Source of the DNA: Octopus sinensis | Taxonomy: Eukaryota | Length of the DNA: 64,000 nucleotides | Reading direction: 5' to 3' | Assembly (NCBI RefSeq): GCF_006345805.1 | Contig: NW_021833757.1 | Location: forward strand, 8,710-72,709 | Shown here: piece after piece, positions 13,513 through 26,486 of the stretch | Position numbering within the stretch: the first letter of the stretch is position 1 | Layout: each line of letters opens with the position of its first letter | Translations under genes and position numbers: made by a program | The notes under the pieces: model-generated | Databases searched by the model: none | Told to the model about the DNA's origin: nothing | The model's input: the letters and a program-made list of their open reading frames with translations, nothing else

Positions 13513-14950
13513 TGTCACATGCCTGAGTGGTTATACTTTCGGACTTAGAAAAAAATTCAAAAAAAATATTTGAATTCTATTTCAAAATTTATTTTGCCAA
13601 GATAAATTGTCGCGAGCGCAGTGAGCGATCCATCAATGTCAATGATTGTCAAAAATAAAAATAATCTATTACATCAAAGTTAACTAAGGTCAATTATTGA
13701 CAATTAACAAAAGATAATTAACCATAATTTTAAGTCGAATTGAATTTCTTTAGTCGCCTTGAATGAACTTTCCTAATAGACCCAGCACTATCTTCGACTT
13801 GGACAAAATTGTTGGACAATTTTTTGACAATAGTTACTGGATCCCCATACGGATGTTCAAATTTCTTTAATAGAAGAGAAGGATTCGTCCCATAATCTTT
13901 TTTTATACGAACCTTTAAGTAATTAAGAATGGAATACAATATCTCCAACATCTAACTCATATTTTGATCGATGGACTCCCATCTTCCTATTCATTCTTCT
14001 ATAATATGAAGACTGCAAATTCATCCTCTTAAAATTAAACTGGTACTCATCATCTTTACTAATAAATAACAATAAAAAACCTTTATTATAAATGTCAGGA
14101 TTTTCTACAACTTCCAATTCTTCCATATCAAAACTTTTTGGATTTTCCTCAACACCTGATTCAACAACAGTGTTGAATCCAGGAATACCACGATATCTTT
14201 GGAATGGACTAACGCCTAGAAAATAAAAAAATGCAATTTACATGTCGATGAATGAGCTCTCTGATTGTATAAAAACACAGCCTTTCGAATGTGTTTTATC
14301 CACTCTTTTTTATCATCAGAAGCCATCAATTTGGATAAACTCCTTGTGATTGTCTGATTAAATCTTTCAACTATCCCCTGACTCTGAGGATTGTTCGGCC
14401 TTCCATGTATTTGATTAATTTTGAATTCTTCACATAAATTTGAAATATGAATATTTTTAAATTCTGTCCCGTTATCAGATTGCAAATATCTGCAGGGGCC
14501 ATAATCCATGAAAATGTCGTTTAATTTTTCAGCGACTTCAATTCCACTTTTATTTCTAAGATTCCTTGTGATGGCATATCTCGAATAGACGTCAATAACA
14601 GTCAACAACCAAGAAAATTGATCATTATCATTTACAAACCTTGGGAATAAGACAATTTTATACCTTTTTAGGTCAATCAGATCAATCTGAAATCTCTCAT
14701 TCGGTACATCCGCAAAAATATGACTTACGTCGTCATATTGTTTCAGTGGGACTGCAGACTGGCATATATATTGTTCCAGGAATCCTATCAATAGTTCCAT
14801 ATTTTTTGAATTTTCGAAGAAAATCTCCGATTGTCGATTTTGGAGTATTTAGATGATCTGCGATATCTTTTATCGTTCAATTTAACTCATAAAGAGCAAG
14901 AATCTTCCCTTTAATTATTTTATTTAACATTTGCTTATAAAACTAAAAAT
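13513..14950 (-). mobile_element. Ginger-like (KRBA2/SCAND3-type) DDE integrase transposon with introns
   Basis: RFQIDLID, IDVYSR, QSDNGTEF, PQSQGIVERFN; 24-nt (14640..14663) and 26-nt (14216..14241) introns; TGTCAC terminus at 13513; no RT or LTR nearby. Confidence 0.8.
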
Positions 14951-15174
14951 TCAACTACTAAAATATCACTCAATAATGCAAACCGGTTTTTTATTCACTC
15001 GCTAAAATTTAAATCTTCAGAATTTTAAACGATTAATGGAATTTTTTATAAATAAAAAAATTATAAATCTAATCAATTACAAAGAGTTCAATTCAGTTAA
15101 AAAAAATAAATGCCATCCGCCAAAAAAAGTTAGTAACTGCAAAACCGGTTTTTTTCTACCAGCACTGTATACTT

Positions 15175-15660
15175 GCGCCTCATCCAGATCGTCCATATTT
15201 TTTTGAAAGAAACAACAGTCAACACTTTCCTTCGAGTAATGTCCTCCGAATCCCAAAAGATAAATCTATCTTTCTTACAAATTCACTTCTGGCCTCGGCA
15301 GACTCACTATGGCGGGTCGAGTTTGGCGATTCAATTAGGAGAGGGAGTTTCTTTTGTTTTTTTGTCAATTTGTATATTTCTTTGTCAAAAGTCCTCTTGA
15401 ATCTCCTTGGACGATTCCCATTACACTCTCAGCAGCCTTCTTTACTATGATCAAAACATGCTTTCATAATAGTCCGGGATACACATTCGAGTCAATATTG
15501 TCCAACAATTTAAGTATTTTCTCATTGTACCTTATACATGTGTGATCTAAAACACATAAGCTCTCCACTGCCAAGTTCCTGTCCTGTGTACGAGCTGCAA
15601 GTACTCGGGAGATTCCAAAGCGTCGTTTTAAAATGAGGCGTGCCATCGAGGTAATGATGT
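15175..15660 (-). mobile_element. RTE-like LINE debris
   Basis: Weak similarity to the endonuclease-RT linker and DDLDE 3' motif of the other RTE pieces. Confidence 0.35.
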
Positions 15661-15777
15661 CACTGTACGTACGGGAGTAAATTTAACTAAAACGAAAATA
15701 ATTAATAAAAGTTTGCGACTTTTTTTGTTCTGATTTTGGATAAAGTTTAAAATGGTCACGTCCAAACACAAATCCTA

Positions 15778-15930
15778 TGTAACGAATATGCCCAAGGGAA
15801 TCCCCACAGCACGGACTGACCGATTTACGCGAGGATTTTCCCATATTATATCTGCATATGTAATACTACAGTTTATATAATATCTCTCCATAGGATAGTC
15901 CATCAACTAAATTAAATTTCAAAAAAAGAT
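15778..15930 (+). repeat. TGT-starting transposon end, repeated inverted at ~42280..42376
   Basis: ACAGCACGGACTGACCGATTTACG and downstream sequence match the reverse complement near 42350..42376, which lies upstream of integrase debris. Confidence 0.7.
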
Positions 15931-16229
15931 TTAAAAAGTGGATATTAAAAAAATCAAATCAAAAAATTTCAAATGTTAAGGATGCAGATTAGAGAAGTAA
16001 AATCCATAAATATCTCAAAAATGATGCACACTCGGGAGGTGGACTGGCTTTTCAGCGGTTCTCGAACGCCGTTCTCAGAAAGAACAGTTTGGCGATCCGT
16101 CAGGGCGCTGGTTTCGGCTAAAAGAATAATTAATTATCCATCGGATTAATCCTCTTTGCGGAAAAAAATTATTTTTTTATTAATCGATCAAACTGAAATT
16201 GTAATTCTTTCAAACAGTAATGGTATTAA

Positions 16230-16490
16230 AAAACGATGTAAAATCGAAAAAACTCAAGAAAGATTTCGGAAAGAACCGAATGAACATCTATCCATCGCCT
16301 CATTTAAGAAATCTTGGGAAGGAACCGTGGGCCTACATGCCCTAAAACTCCACCACCGCGGCCTCATAGAAATTGTGTCAGGACTAGGAAGCAGCACCGA
16401 GCAAAGATGTGGACCCTCCTCAGAGAAGCCGGGATCACCTGATTAATTAGTTCTATGTTTTGGACAATGATCTTGATTTTAATAATAAAA
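16230..16490 (+). mobile_element. 3' fragment of the (TAA)n-tailed LINE family
   Basis: ...LLREAGIT* end and 3' UTR closely match the reverse complement of 26487..26600. Confidence 0.75.
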
Positions 16491-17039
16491 AATGTTTTGT
16501 TTCTTGAAAGAGAGTTATTTTCAATTCTACTTTGATCTCATTTCTCATAAACAGACTGAGATTGGAGACTGTCATCTTTGAAGTTTTATCCACAACCTTT
16601 CATCGTGATTAAAGTGATATTTAAGAATATTCCACGTGTCAGTTGATAAAAATGTTTCATATGGTGGCTTAGGATTTCTTAATTTTGTTTTAGAATCCTA
16701 CAAGTTCCACAAGAATTGTTTTGTTTTTATAGAAAAAGTGATAAAGGATTAATCGAAGAGAAGGCCAGCAGCTTGGCGGATCGGCAAACTGCTCCCCCGG
16801 ATAACTGCGACCGAGAATTGTAGTGACAATTCTCTATTTGGAAAGAATTTCTCTTGCTTCAGATACAAGAGTAACTTTTGCTCGGAATACTCCCAACGAA
16901 CACTGTGATGAATTTTTTGTATTAAAATATCAGATAATGATATAACTAGGGCAGTCAAACGCTATAAAATGCAATTAAATATAATTTAATAAAAATACTA
17001 TTTTAAAATTAATTTACAATTAATGATAAATTAAAAGTT

Positions 17040-18035
17040 AAATTAACTAAATTTTTCAATTTACTGGTCTTGGGCCTCCCTGAACAGCACCATCATCTTT
17101 CGTGATCCTCTTGCTATTAATTTGTCCTTCCTCAGAGTATTCGTTTTCTGTCACCTCATCATGTCTCCTCTTCATCGAGTTAGCTCCCCTTTGGTGAGTG
17201 TTCCACACTGCATAATCTTTGTTGAGAATCAATGCTTTAGTCATTACGTCTTCGAAACCATGTTTATATTCTACGAACATTCCTTCCAACGTCTTCTTTA
17301 ATGCAGTCGTTTGGATGTATGCCAGAACACTGTCTTTAATGCCAATCAAATCCATGTATATTTTAAAATACTTGGAGGTGATCGCATCCCAGGTAATGAC
17401 AATCGGAAGTATTTTGACTTTGGCTTTGTAAATGATTTCTAATTCACTTGCCAGGATATCATATTTATGAAGTTTTTCAACTTCAACTGCTTTTAAATTA
17501 TCCACACACGTAACTCCAATCTCTATTAGCCATATGTGGTTTAATTTTTTGTCGTATAGGAAAATGTCCGGCTTGTTATATTGAATTTTTGACTCGGTAG
17601 GGATAGTAGTGTCAACTCGCAATTCAGCACGATTATTATTATTATTATTATTTAAGCCAAAAACAGAATCACCGTCTTAACCATTAACTAACGTGTTCAG
17701 GTGATTCCGACACTTCTCAACAGTCTAGCCATCTTTTCACGATGTTCAGACCGTGACCCCACACACTTTCTGTATGTACGGTGAAATGCTTGTGGTCCAT
17801 CTCCACGATCCCTCCCACTTGCCTCTACAAGAGACTCCAGTGTTCGATGGACAATTTTCATGTCGGTATGTATGATCATTGGTAATTACGCTTTGGATAG
17901 AGTGAGTCTTTAACCTTTTTGATTTTTTGAATCCAAATTTTCTGCATAGGTGCATGTGTATGCATTTAACAATTTCGTTGTGTCGCCTTGTATAATCGGA
18001 ATTAAGCATTCTATTGCATCGAGTTGCCAAATGGT
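17040..18035 (-). mobile_element. R4/Dong-like retroelement 3' fragment
   Basis: HLATRC, RRHNE, KPDI, LIEIG, KYDILA motifs; interrupted by 17632..17872. Confidence 0.9.
17632..17872 (-). mobile_element. Short 3' piece of (TAA)n-tailed LINE nested in the R4-like ORF
   Basis: KMARLLRSVGIT* end, GAATCACC/GGTGATTC hairpin, (TAA)n tail; the host ORF resumes on both sides. Confidence 0.85.
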
Positions 18036-18148
18036 AATAAAAATACTATAAATAATAAATATGATAATAATAAAATTATTTTGTTATATTTTTTATTTTT
18101 TTTTCATTAAAATAGATTATTTTTAGCGTGTTTTTTATAATTCTTGTT

Positions 18149-18480
18149 ATGAAAAAGAAAACAGCATCTCAGAAGGCTCGATTTTTTGCCAAAAAATTTC
18201 CCGAATTTGTTATTAATCCGGAAGGGAAATTATTTTGTTCTTATTGTTCTACAATCGTAAGATGCGATAAGAAATTTTCTGTTGACGCCCATCGTTTATC
18301 AAAAAAACACGTTCAAACACAAAGTATATGAAAAATATAACTTTAGATTCTATTCATTCATCCCAAAATGTACAGACATTTATTTCTAGTAAACATAATT
18401 GCCAGCAAAAACCGGTGACAAAAATAATATATTTTGATTGGCCATCGCAATCACCGGATCTTAACCAATAGAGCATGTAC
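18149..18480 (+). mobile_element. hAT BED-finger fragment followed by a Tc1 scrap
   Basis: LFCSYC...FSVDAH..SKKH paralogous to 33929; WPSQSPDLN motif near 18440. Confidence 0.65.
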
Positions 18481-19272
18481 ACCCTCGACAAAAAAAATGA
18501 TTCAAAATTCATATTTAGTTTTCTTTGAAAATCTTATAAATATTCTAATTTCAAAAATTTAGTAGATTAGTTGTAATTATTATTTAATTTAATAAAAATT
18601 TGTTAATTACATTAATTGGAAAAATTAAAGCATCAGAGTTCTTTATGACCACTGGGATCGTTTAACTAGTTTGTTTAAAGTCTTCATTCTTTGTGGTCTT
18701 AGGGCTAATAAATAAAATCAATCGATTTTTTTGTTGATTAAAATCAAATGATTTAAATCTAACAACCATGCTTGAGGTACTCCATTTGGTGAAAGCCTTG
18801 AGATCGATCATTTTTACAGACCCGTTTGAATTCATGAATGGCTTAATTCAAATAATTAAATGCTAATAATAATAAAAGCATGCGACCACAAGACCACAAA
18901 CAGTAATATTAATTAAAAAAAATTAGACTAAATTTTTCCCGTATACTGAGTTACAAAAAGCTATGCAGTTATGATGAAGCTCTATTCCAAACGTTCTAAA
19001 ATATCTATTCGAACGTTTATGTAAATCAGTTGATAGGAAAAATGTTTTATTATATTATCAGCACTGCCGAGAAACACATATAAAAAACAAAAATCATTTA
19101 AGGTTCCCTCGTGCCGCACCGACCACACTTTCCACCAATCCTATCCATAGGTCTCTCCCTTTCGCAAGATCTCTTAGTTCATCTAGGTTACCAATTGTTT
19201 ACAACTGCCTGCTTATTGCATATTTGAAGACGTTTTAATTTTGGACTTATTTTTATAATATATTTATAAAAC

Positions 19273-22200
19273 GTTTTATTAAGAAAGAAACTAATTAACT
19301 AAGTAATTTTACTAACTAAGTCCAGAGCCTTCGAAGTGAGCAGAAGGCGGCACTCCACGCACCTCCTCCCCTTCTTCCTCCTTTCTCTGGCACTGTAGAC
19401 CTTCGAGAAGGTGCAGTCCAGCGCCTCTTGCTGACTAAACGTCAGGAAAGGGCTGGATCGGCGAGCATCAAACGAGACACTCTCCAGAGTCCTCTTAAGA
19501 ACAGTTGACTGTATAAAGCCTGTAGAGACTTATCTACATCCAACTGTCTTAAGTACCGCTTGTGGTATTTGGTGACCAGTCCATCGCATGTCATCACACA
19601 CGGGATGACATGGACTTTGCACTGGTGCATCAGTCCTAGCTCGTTTGCAAGGAGGTCATACTTCCTCCTTTTCTCCACTTCCACTATCTGCAAACGGTCT
19701 AGGCACGTGATGCCCACCTCCACGATAACAATCTCCCCGGTGACCTTATCGTGGACCACAATGTCGGGTCTGTTGTGCTGGACAACAATCGAGGTGCGTA
19801 TGGGGGTATCCACCTTAATGCACACCCGCGAGTTCTCACACACCGATTGAACTCGATGGGTTCGCAACTTTCTGGACCGCCTCAAGCCGTACTTATTGCA
19901 GAGCAAAAGATGGAGGGACCTCACCACCTCGTTATGCCTCCATGTGTAATCATGGTAAAGCATACTCCCGCACTTCGTGGCTAAATGGTCAACGGTCATT
20001 GCCTTACTCTTACAGTGGTTACACTGTTTCCGTTGACCATTAAAAAAGTTTCTATCCTGCAAATATGAGAACAACCCTTCTGATCGGGGAGAGTTATTCC
20101 CATATTTCAGCCACGTAGATGACGACGATACGTCAATGTGCGGGTTGTCCAAACTGCTAAAGAGAGTCTTGTGAAGGACTTTTAAGTTGATCTTTTTAAT
20201 TAAAGACTCCTTTTGAAGTTTGATCAACTCCTTCACATTAACTTGGGTAGCACCTAGACCATACTTAGCCGACACATAGCCTTTTATGGTCCCTAGGTGT
20301 GTACCACGCGCTTTTTCAGCAGCAAGGATGGCAGCCTTCCTTTGGGATACACTCGACCCACTCCACAAGGTGTCGTGCATCTTAGTAAGAATTCGCTCAC
20401 TTAAGTGTACGATGTTACTCAGTCCACGTCCTAGCTGCCCGCGAGACAAGTACAATCTCTCCTTATTGCTTGCCAACACGTGGACATGATTCTCTCGGAG
20501 TACTCTTCGGACAATAAGGTCCATTTCATCGTACTCACTCGGCTCGAATTCGATCAGGCCAACGTAGTAGTTTAGCAATGAGATGGCATACTCGTTCAAG
20601 GCATGAAATAAGTTCCGTGCATTAAGCCGAGTCTTACATAACATTGCCGCCCTACTACGCACACCCTCCACTACACACTTTCTCGTTTCGGGTGTGATTA
20701 ATGAGGCTGGACTCTCAACCACACCAAGATACTTATATCCTTGGTGTTCCTCCAAGACTTTGACTAGGTCACCACACACAGGGGTGTTAGTCGCCGACTT
20801 GTTGTAGTTGAGCTCCAACCCCACGGCCTTCATGAAACCTTTCAGGACTTTACCCATTGAGTGAAGGATCTCTGAAGACCGAGCGAACAGCTTAATGTCG
20901 TCTATGAACATGAGATGGTTGGTGCTAAAACACCCTCCTTCATGTTCGATCGACATTTGTTCGAATTGGGCAGTGAGGACTCTACTCAGCGGTTCTAGGC
21001 AGAGGACGAACAGCAGCGGAGACATGCTGTCGCCCTGTAATATGCCCCTCTCTAGTTTCACCTCGCCTATATCGCATTTGTTGTAATTTAGATGGACGTT
21101 CCACCTGTCCATCACAGTTGCAACAAATTTGATAAACCACATTGGCAACTTAAGCCTTCGCAGACACTCAACGAGGTAGGCATGATCACCGAGTCATATG
21201 CCTTCTTCACATCCACCCACATTGACACTAGTGAGTTTCCGTGGGCTCTCGCGAGGCATTTGTTGATCAGTGCCTGCTCCTTAGCTCCCTGGCAATCCCG
21301 CCGAGTACCTAACTGGTTCTCGGACAGAATCCCATTCACCTCCACGAAATTTCTGACCTCAGTAGCCACCACCTTAGTCATCAACTTGTACAGGTTGGGC
21401 ATACAGGTTATCGGACGATAATCTGTCGGAGCGGAAGGGTTATCTACTTTAGAGATCAAATAAGTGACCCCAGTACATAACCACTCTGGAATCGAGCCAG
21501 GGTCTAGTGTAAACTGTTCGATTGCTCGACACATGCAATCATGGATAGGTTTGCAATTTTTAATAAAGAAATTATACACTTTATCGACCCCAGGTGTCTT
21601 CCAGTCAGAGAGACGGGTTACTGCTTCATCGAACTTCTTGCGGATGTCAGGGACACCACAAGACTCGGTCATCAAGGGAGCATCGGGTCCACAAAACGGA
21701 AACGACACACCCTTGCGAGGACGTGCTTTCCACATACTCCCCCATGTGTCAAGCATTTCGGCCTTTTGCTGGGTACCCTCCTTCGTCTCTCCGTGCAACC
21801 GACGAATAGAACGACCTGCGATTAAATTCAAACAGGTTGTTCTCCCGCCTGCGCTGACATCGAGACTCATGAGTTGAGAGCTTCTTCTGATAAACGAGAA
21901 TCAGCTCCTCCCTCTCTGCCCGGACACGCCTCAACTCGTTGAGGTCCCATTTGGCAGCTCGTTCCCGACGAACTAAAGTACGCACCAAGGGGGGAGTCTT
22001 GCCCTTGACCCCATTGCTCACATTCAAAATGTGCCCAGTCAGCGCTTCCACGCTCGGCTTTCCTTGCGGCTACTTTTGCGGCAATGTTTTCTCTCCATCT
22101 ACTCTTTGGGGCAGGCCTCTGAGTGATTTCATCATAGGTTGTCTGTGCCGAGTACAAATAAAGAGAAATCTCGTCCATTGTCTCCGGAGGCTCACACACG

Positions 22201-22780
22201 ATCGCGTAAGCTATGGCACGATTGATGCAACCCATCACGTCACTTCTGAGTTGCCACCGAGGTATCTTTCGGGTCACTCTGCGGTCCGCAAGGGGGACAA
22301 CACGATTCGCAGAGATATGCCTACTAAATATCTCCTTAACCTGCAAGAGTAGCGATAACTCACTACTCTGGTGCTCGTGTTGTTCAGAACACGGGGGGCA
22401 TCCTGACGGCGTAACCGCAGCGGCAGTCCTCCCCCGCGAGCCAGGAGGAGGGGTCTTGGCCAGCTTCTTCAGTGCATCTAACGATAGGTTCGAGCTAAAG
22501 CGTCGATTGAAACACTGAAGCAGGGTAGGCCACCCATTTCTGGGCATCCTGGAAGCTCTTCCCAACACCTGGGAAAGGGCGGATTTAACCCAGTCCTCCC
22601 GGGTCGTGCACTCGATCCCTTCTGCTATGGCAAAGACGATGTTCTTGCCATCGGACGTCTGTCTCTCCGATGCGGTTGTCCATCCTGCTCTAGGTATATT
22701 ATTATTAATAATATTGTTAGTTTCTTGTTGTCCAGGTAGAGCACACATCGAGATAGTAGCACGTTGCATAACAGACTATT
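19273..22780 (-). mobile_element. Apparently full-length R4/Dong-like non-LTR retrotransposon (RT + CCHC + RLE), frameshifted
   Basis: YRPITC, DVKKAYDSV, GILQGDS, FIDD, CNHC..HLATKC, RHNE, RPDI motifs; 15-bp TSD ATATATTTATAAAAC (19258..19272 and 22781..22795). Confidence 0.95.
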
Positions 22781-22927
22781 ATATATTTATAAAACAAAAT
22801 TATTCATTTTTTAATGGAAAACCTTCAAATATTTAAGAAATGTAGTAAATTTTTATATTATTGTTTCGATTAGTCATTACATGGATTTCTGTGTCACGAG
22901 ATAACCCGAATAATTAATGGAGAGTAC

Positions 22928-25168
22928 ATGCCTGAAAGTTGGTTTTACACTGGAATAACATATTTGATTCCTAAAAAAGATGATTGTAAGACCCCGAAGG
23001 ACTTACGTCCTATAACGTGTATGCCGACATTGTATAAACTTGTCACCAAATGTGTTAATGTTAAACTGGCTGATTTTGTCGAGGCATTTGGCCTAATTTC
23101 AGACAACCAACTTGGAACGAGGAAGTATTGTCAAGGCGCCAAGGAGCAAGCTCTCATTAACCAATGTTTGAACAAGGAGTACGGGAATGGCCTTTATTCT
23201 GCTTGGGTCGATGTGAAGAAAGCATATGACTCAGTTGATCATGATTTTTTGTTTCACGTTTTGGATTGTTCTGGAATCCCGCTTTGGATCGTAAACTTTG
23301 TGAAGAGCGTAGTTAAGAAGTGGGCAGTAAAGCTGCATATGGAAGGTAGAAGAATTGGATCAGTGAAGTTAAACCGAGGAATTTTACAGGGAGACTCATT
23401 GTCTCCTTTACTATTTGTTATGGTGTTAGATCCTCTAAGCAGGATCCTTAATTCCGTGTTTCCAAAACTTGAAATTAACCAGGAAGATCGCAATATGTTA
23501 ACATATTCTACTAATCATTTGCTATTTATTGACGATCTAAAAATATTTGCTCTCAAACAAGACACTTTACTCAAAATGATGGAAGCTGTTAACGGATTTT
23601 TTAAAATTGTTGGTTCAGAAAAATCAGCGTCTAATTTGGAATCATTATCATGTTGTAAGACTATTGACGGAATCAATAGATATCGGTATTTGGGTGTACT
23701 TGAAGATGGTGGAAGCAATGTTCTTAAGAATAGAGTTATGGACTCTATCTTTGAGAATGTTAAGAAGAGGATAACTATGCTATCGAAAACAAAACTCAAC
23801 TCTGTGAATCTGTTTCGTGCTATAAATGAATATGCATTGTCACTATATAATTATTATATTGGGCTAATCAATATTGAACCTTCTGAATTTGATGATATTG
23901 ACAGACAAATACGGCAATTGCTTACGTCGCTCAGATTACATCTCAAACCTGCAAATAAAGAGAGACTGTATTTAAACCGGAAGGCTCTTGGAAGAGGGCT
24001 TTCATCAGTTGCTTTCAAAAGTGAACTAATGCTCTTTCAGTTCCTTACGAGTCTGGAAAATATGTCAACTATATGCTTACGGAGGGCGGGGATTCTGCGT
24101 GTAATTAAAATGAATAAATGGCATTTGGCTATGATCGCAGGATTTCTATCCTCCAAATATGCAATTATTGATAAGAAGAGTATTACTATGGAGTCTCTAA
24201 AGTCCAGTCAGATACAATATTTACAAAAGAAAATTAGTTCTAAAGCACTACATTCTGTGCTTTTCAAATGTGTGGATGAACCTAATGTTGATTTACCTGC
24301 ATCCTCAGAATGGCTATCTAATGGAAATAATGGGCCACGAAGCGAAGCATTGTATTGTCTTTTGCAAGATCGAAACTTGTTCTTTGCATCCGCTGACTCA
24401 TTATGCAATCATTGTAAGAAAAGCAAGAAAACTGTTGACCACATGGCTACTCAGTGTGGTAAAATGCTCAACAGTGATTATCTCCGGAGACACAACGAAG
24501 TTGTGAAGTGTATTCACCTTAACTTGTGCCGAATGTATGGACTCAAAAAAGCAAGACGATTGAAGGGACATTCTGTTCAGTCAACACTGTCGACGGGAAA
24601 AGTTGAAATCAGGGTTGATTGTACAATTCTCACCGAAACAAAAGTAGAATATAACAAGCCAGATATCTTTGTCCACGACAAAGTCAGAAACGAAATAAAT
24701 CTGATTGAAGTGGGTATTACCTCACAGGATCGCCTCAAGCAAGTGGAGGTTGAAAAGTGTCACAAGTATGACCTATTGGCAAGTGAGCTTTCGCTTCTGT
24801 ATAGCTGTCAAGTAAAAATAATTCCTGTGGTTATGACATGGGATGGAGTTGTCTCGAAATGCTTCAAAAATTATATGAAGAAACTATCTATTGAAGCAGG
24901 AACGAGGACATACATCCAATCCGTTGTACTGAAAAGAACGCTCGAGAGTATGATGATCGAACACAAGCACGGAATGAAGGTATCTGGTGAAGAATACGCT
25001 TCTGCTTCCAACCGGTATGTGGAGATGGCATGCAAAAATGAAGACGACCCAATGAATGCTAAAGAAGATGCAATGGTTGAATCAGATGTGGTAGTGGGGA
25101 GTAAGAGGCAGCTGGAAGTAGACTCTTCTTCCAAGAGAAGGAGAGTGGATATCAGCGAGCTGGAGTGA
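22928..25168 (+). mobile_element. 5'-truncated R4/Dong-like element, 746-aa open RT-RLE ORF
   Basis: LRPITC, KAYDSV, GILQGDS, FIDD, CCHC and KPDI...IEVG motifs in one frame. Confidence 0.95.
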
Positions 25169-25282
25169 GATCTGCTTAGTTTCTGATTAACTATTAATTT
25201 ATTATTGGTTTATGAAATCGGAATTGTTTCGATTATATTGTTAGCATTCTCATTTCATTTCGGAATTAATCTTATTGCATAA

Positions 25283-25477
25283 ATGGAGCCGTACGCTGCA
25301 CAAATAATAGAAATCACTGACGACAACACATTCAAACTAAATGAACCTTTGCTACAAAAAATTCTTATGGCAAAAAATGTCATTGACAAAAAAGTCATGG
25401 TTCTTTCAGTTGTCGGCGCTTACAGACAAGGAAAATCGTTTCTCCTTAATTTTTTCCTCAAATATCTCTCCGCAAAA
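25283..25477 (+). pseudogene. Atlastin/GBP-family GTPase first exon fragment
   Basis: FKLNE..L..IL...VLSVVGAYRQGKSFLLNFFLKYL P-loop; ends at a GT donor, with no continuation recognised. Confidence 0.75.
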
Positions 25478-25599
25478 GTACTCTCAGCTTAAGATGAGAC
25501 CATAGGACAAAAAATTGGTTCCATAAATGTCGTGTATTTGCAAACGTGCCGTCATTATTACCAATTACGGATGTTTGATGAAGAGATTATTCAAACCAT

Positions 25600-25662
25600 A
25601 CAACTGTAATGGCCATCAGATATGCTGAAGGTATTGTCGTAGCTGTTGACAGCCGAATAACT
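25600..25662 (+). pseudogene. Proteasome beta-subunit N-terminal scrap
   Basis: TTVMAIRYAEGIVVAVDSRIT matches the catalytic-Thr beta-subunit signature; only about 21 codons. Confidence 0.6.
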
Positions 25663-26079
25663 CTGCCGGCCTTTAATTTATTTAACCTCATTCCCCATGA
25701 AATCAAGAGGAATTCTGCACGAAGAAAACCGACAGTCCTCCTATGGTCACACCATCAGTTAAAGAGTGAGTTAATCTCATATTATCTTCTTATAGTGGTG
25801 AGATTTTTGCGATCCAGGACGATGTGTGTGTCGTCGTCATGGGTGATTTGTATTCGATTGAAGCACACTAGCGGTGCATTTCTTGTGGTGTCCATTTCTT
25901 TTTGAAACTTAACCAAATATAAGAGCTATTCATCTGGTCAACGTGGCCGCTCTAATGGAGTCACCAGATCTGTATTTACATAAAAATCGCCCCACAATAG
26001 TCCCCCGGGGCAACACTCCTACGGCTACAAAGCCGGCAGATCCAAAACAATCACACCATTTCCAATCCAAAGAGTTGGA

Positions 26080-26225
26080 ATAAGATAAATATTCTCCAAT
26101 TGAACATCAACGGAATCCAAAACAAATTCATAGAGCTCAAACACTTTATTATCTCAAGCAACACCGATATTGTCTTAATACAAAAAAGCAAATTAAATGA
26201 AAAACACAAAATGCCGGCCTTTAAA
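26080..26225 (+). mobile_element. APE endonuclease fragment of a LINE
   Basis: ILQLNINGI...DIVLIQ motif. Confidence 0.6.
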
Positions 26226-26486
26226 CTAGCCAGTCCTTATAAAAAAACCTTGATAATAATTATATTAATAACTATTTGTGAACAAAAATAGATTAGAAAA
26301 AATATTTTATTTTTTCTAATGATTATACTTTTACCATTACTACTTATTAGTCAGGGATTTTTATTTAAACATATAATGAATGAGTTGGATCATAGAACTA
26401 AACTAAAGAGGATGAATGCTAACAAAAAATATGCTCGATTAAATGATCTAATACCATCCGGAATGAAACGGCTATTTGACGAGACA

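Noticed and set aside
13513-14950. LTR retrotransposon or endogenous retrovirus
   Set aside because: The integrase has introns and no adjacent RT, RNase H, gag or LTRs, so a Ginger-like DNA transposon fits better.
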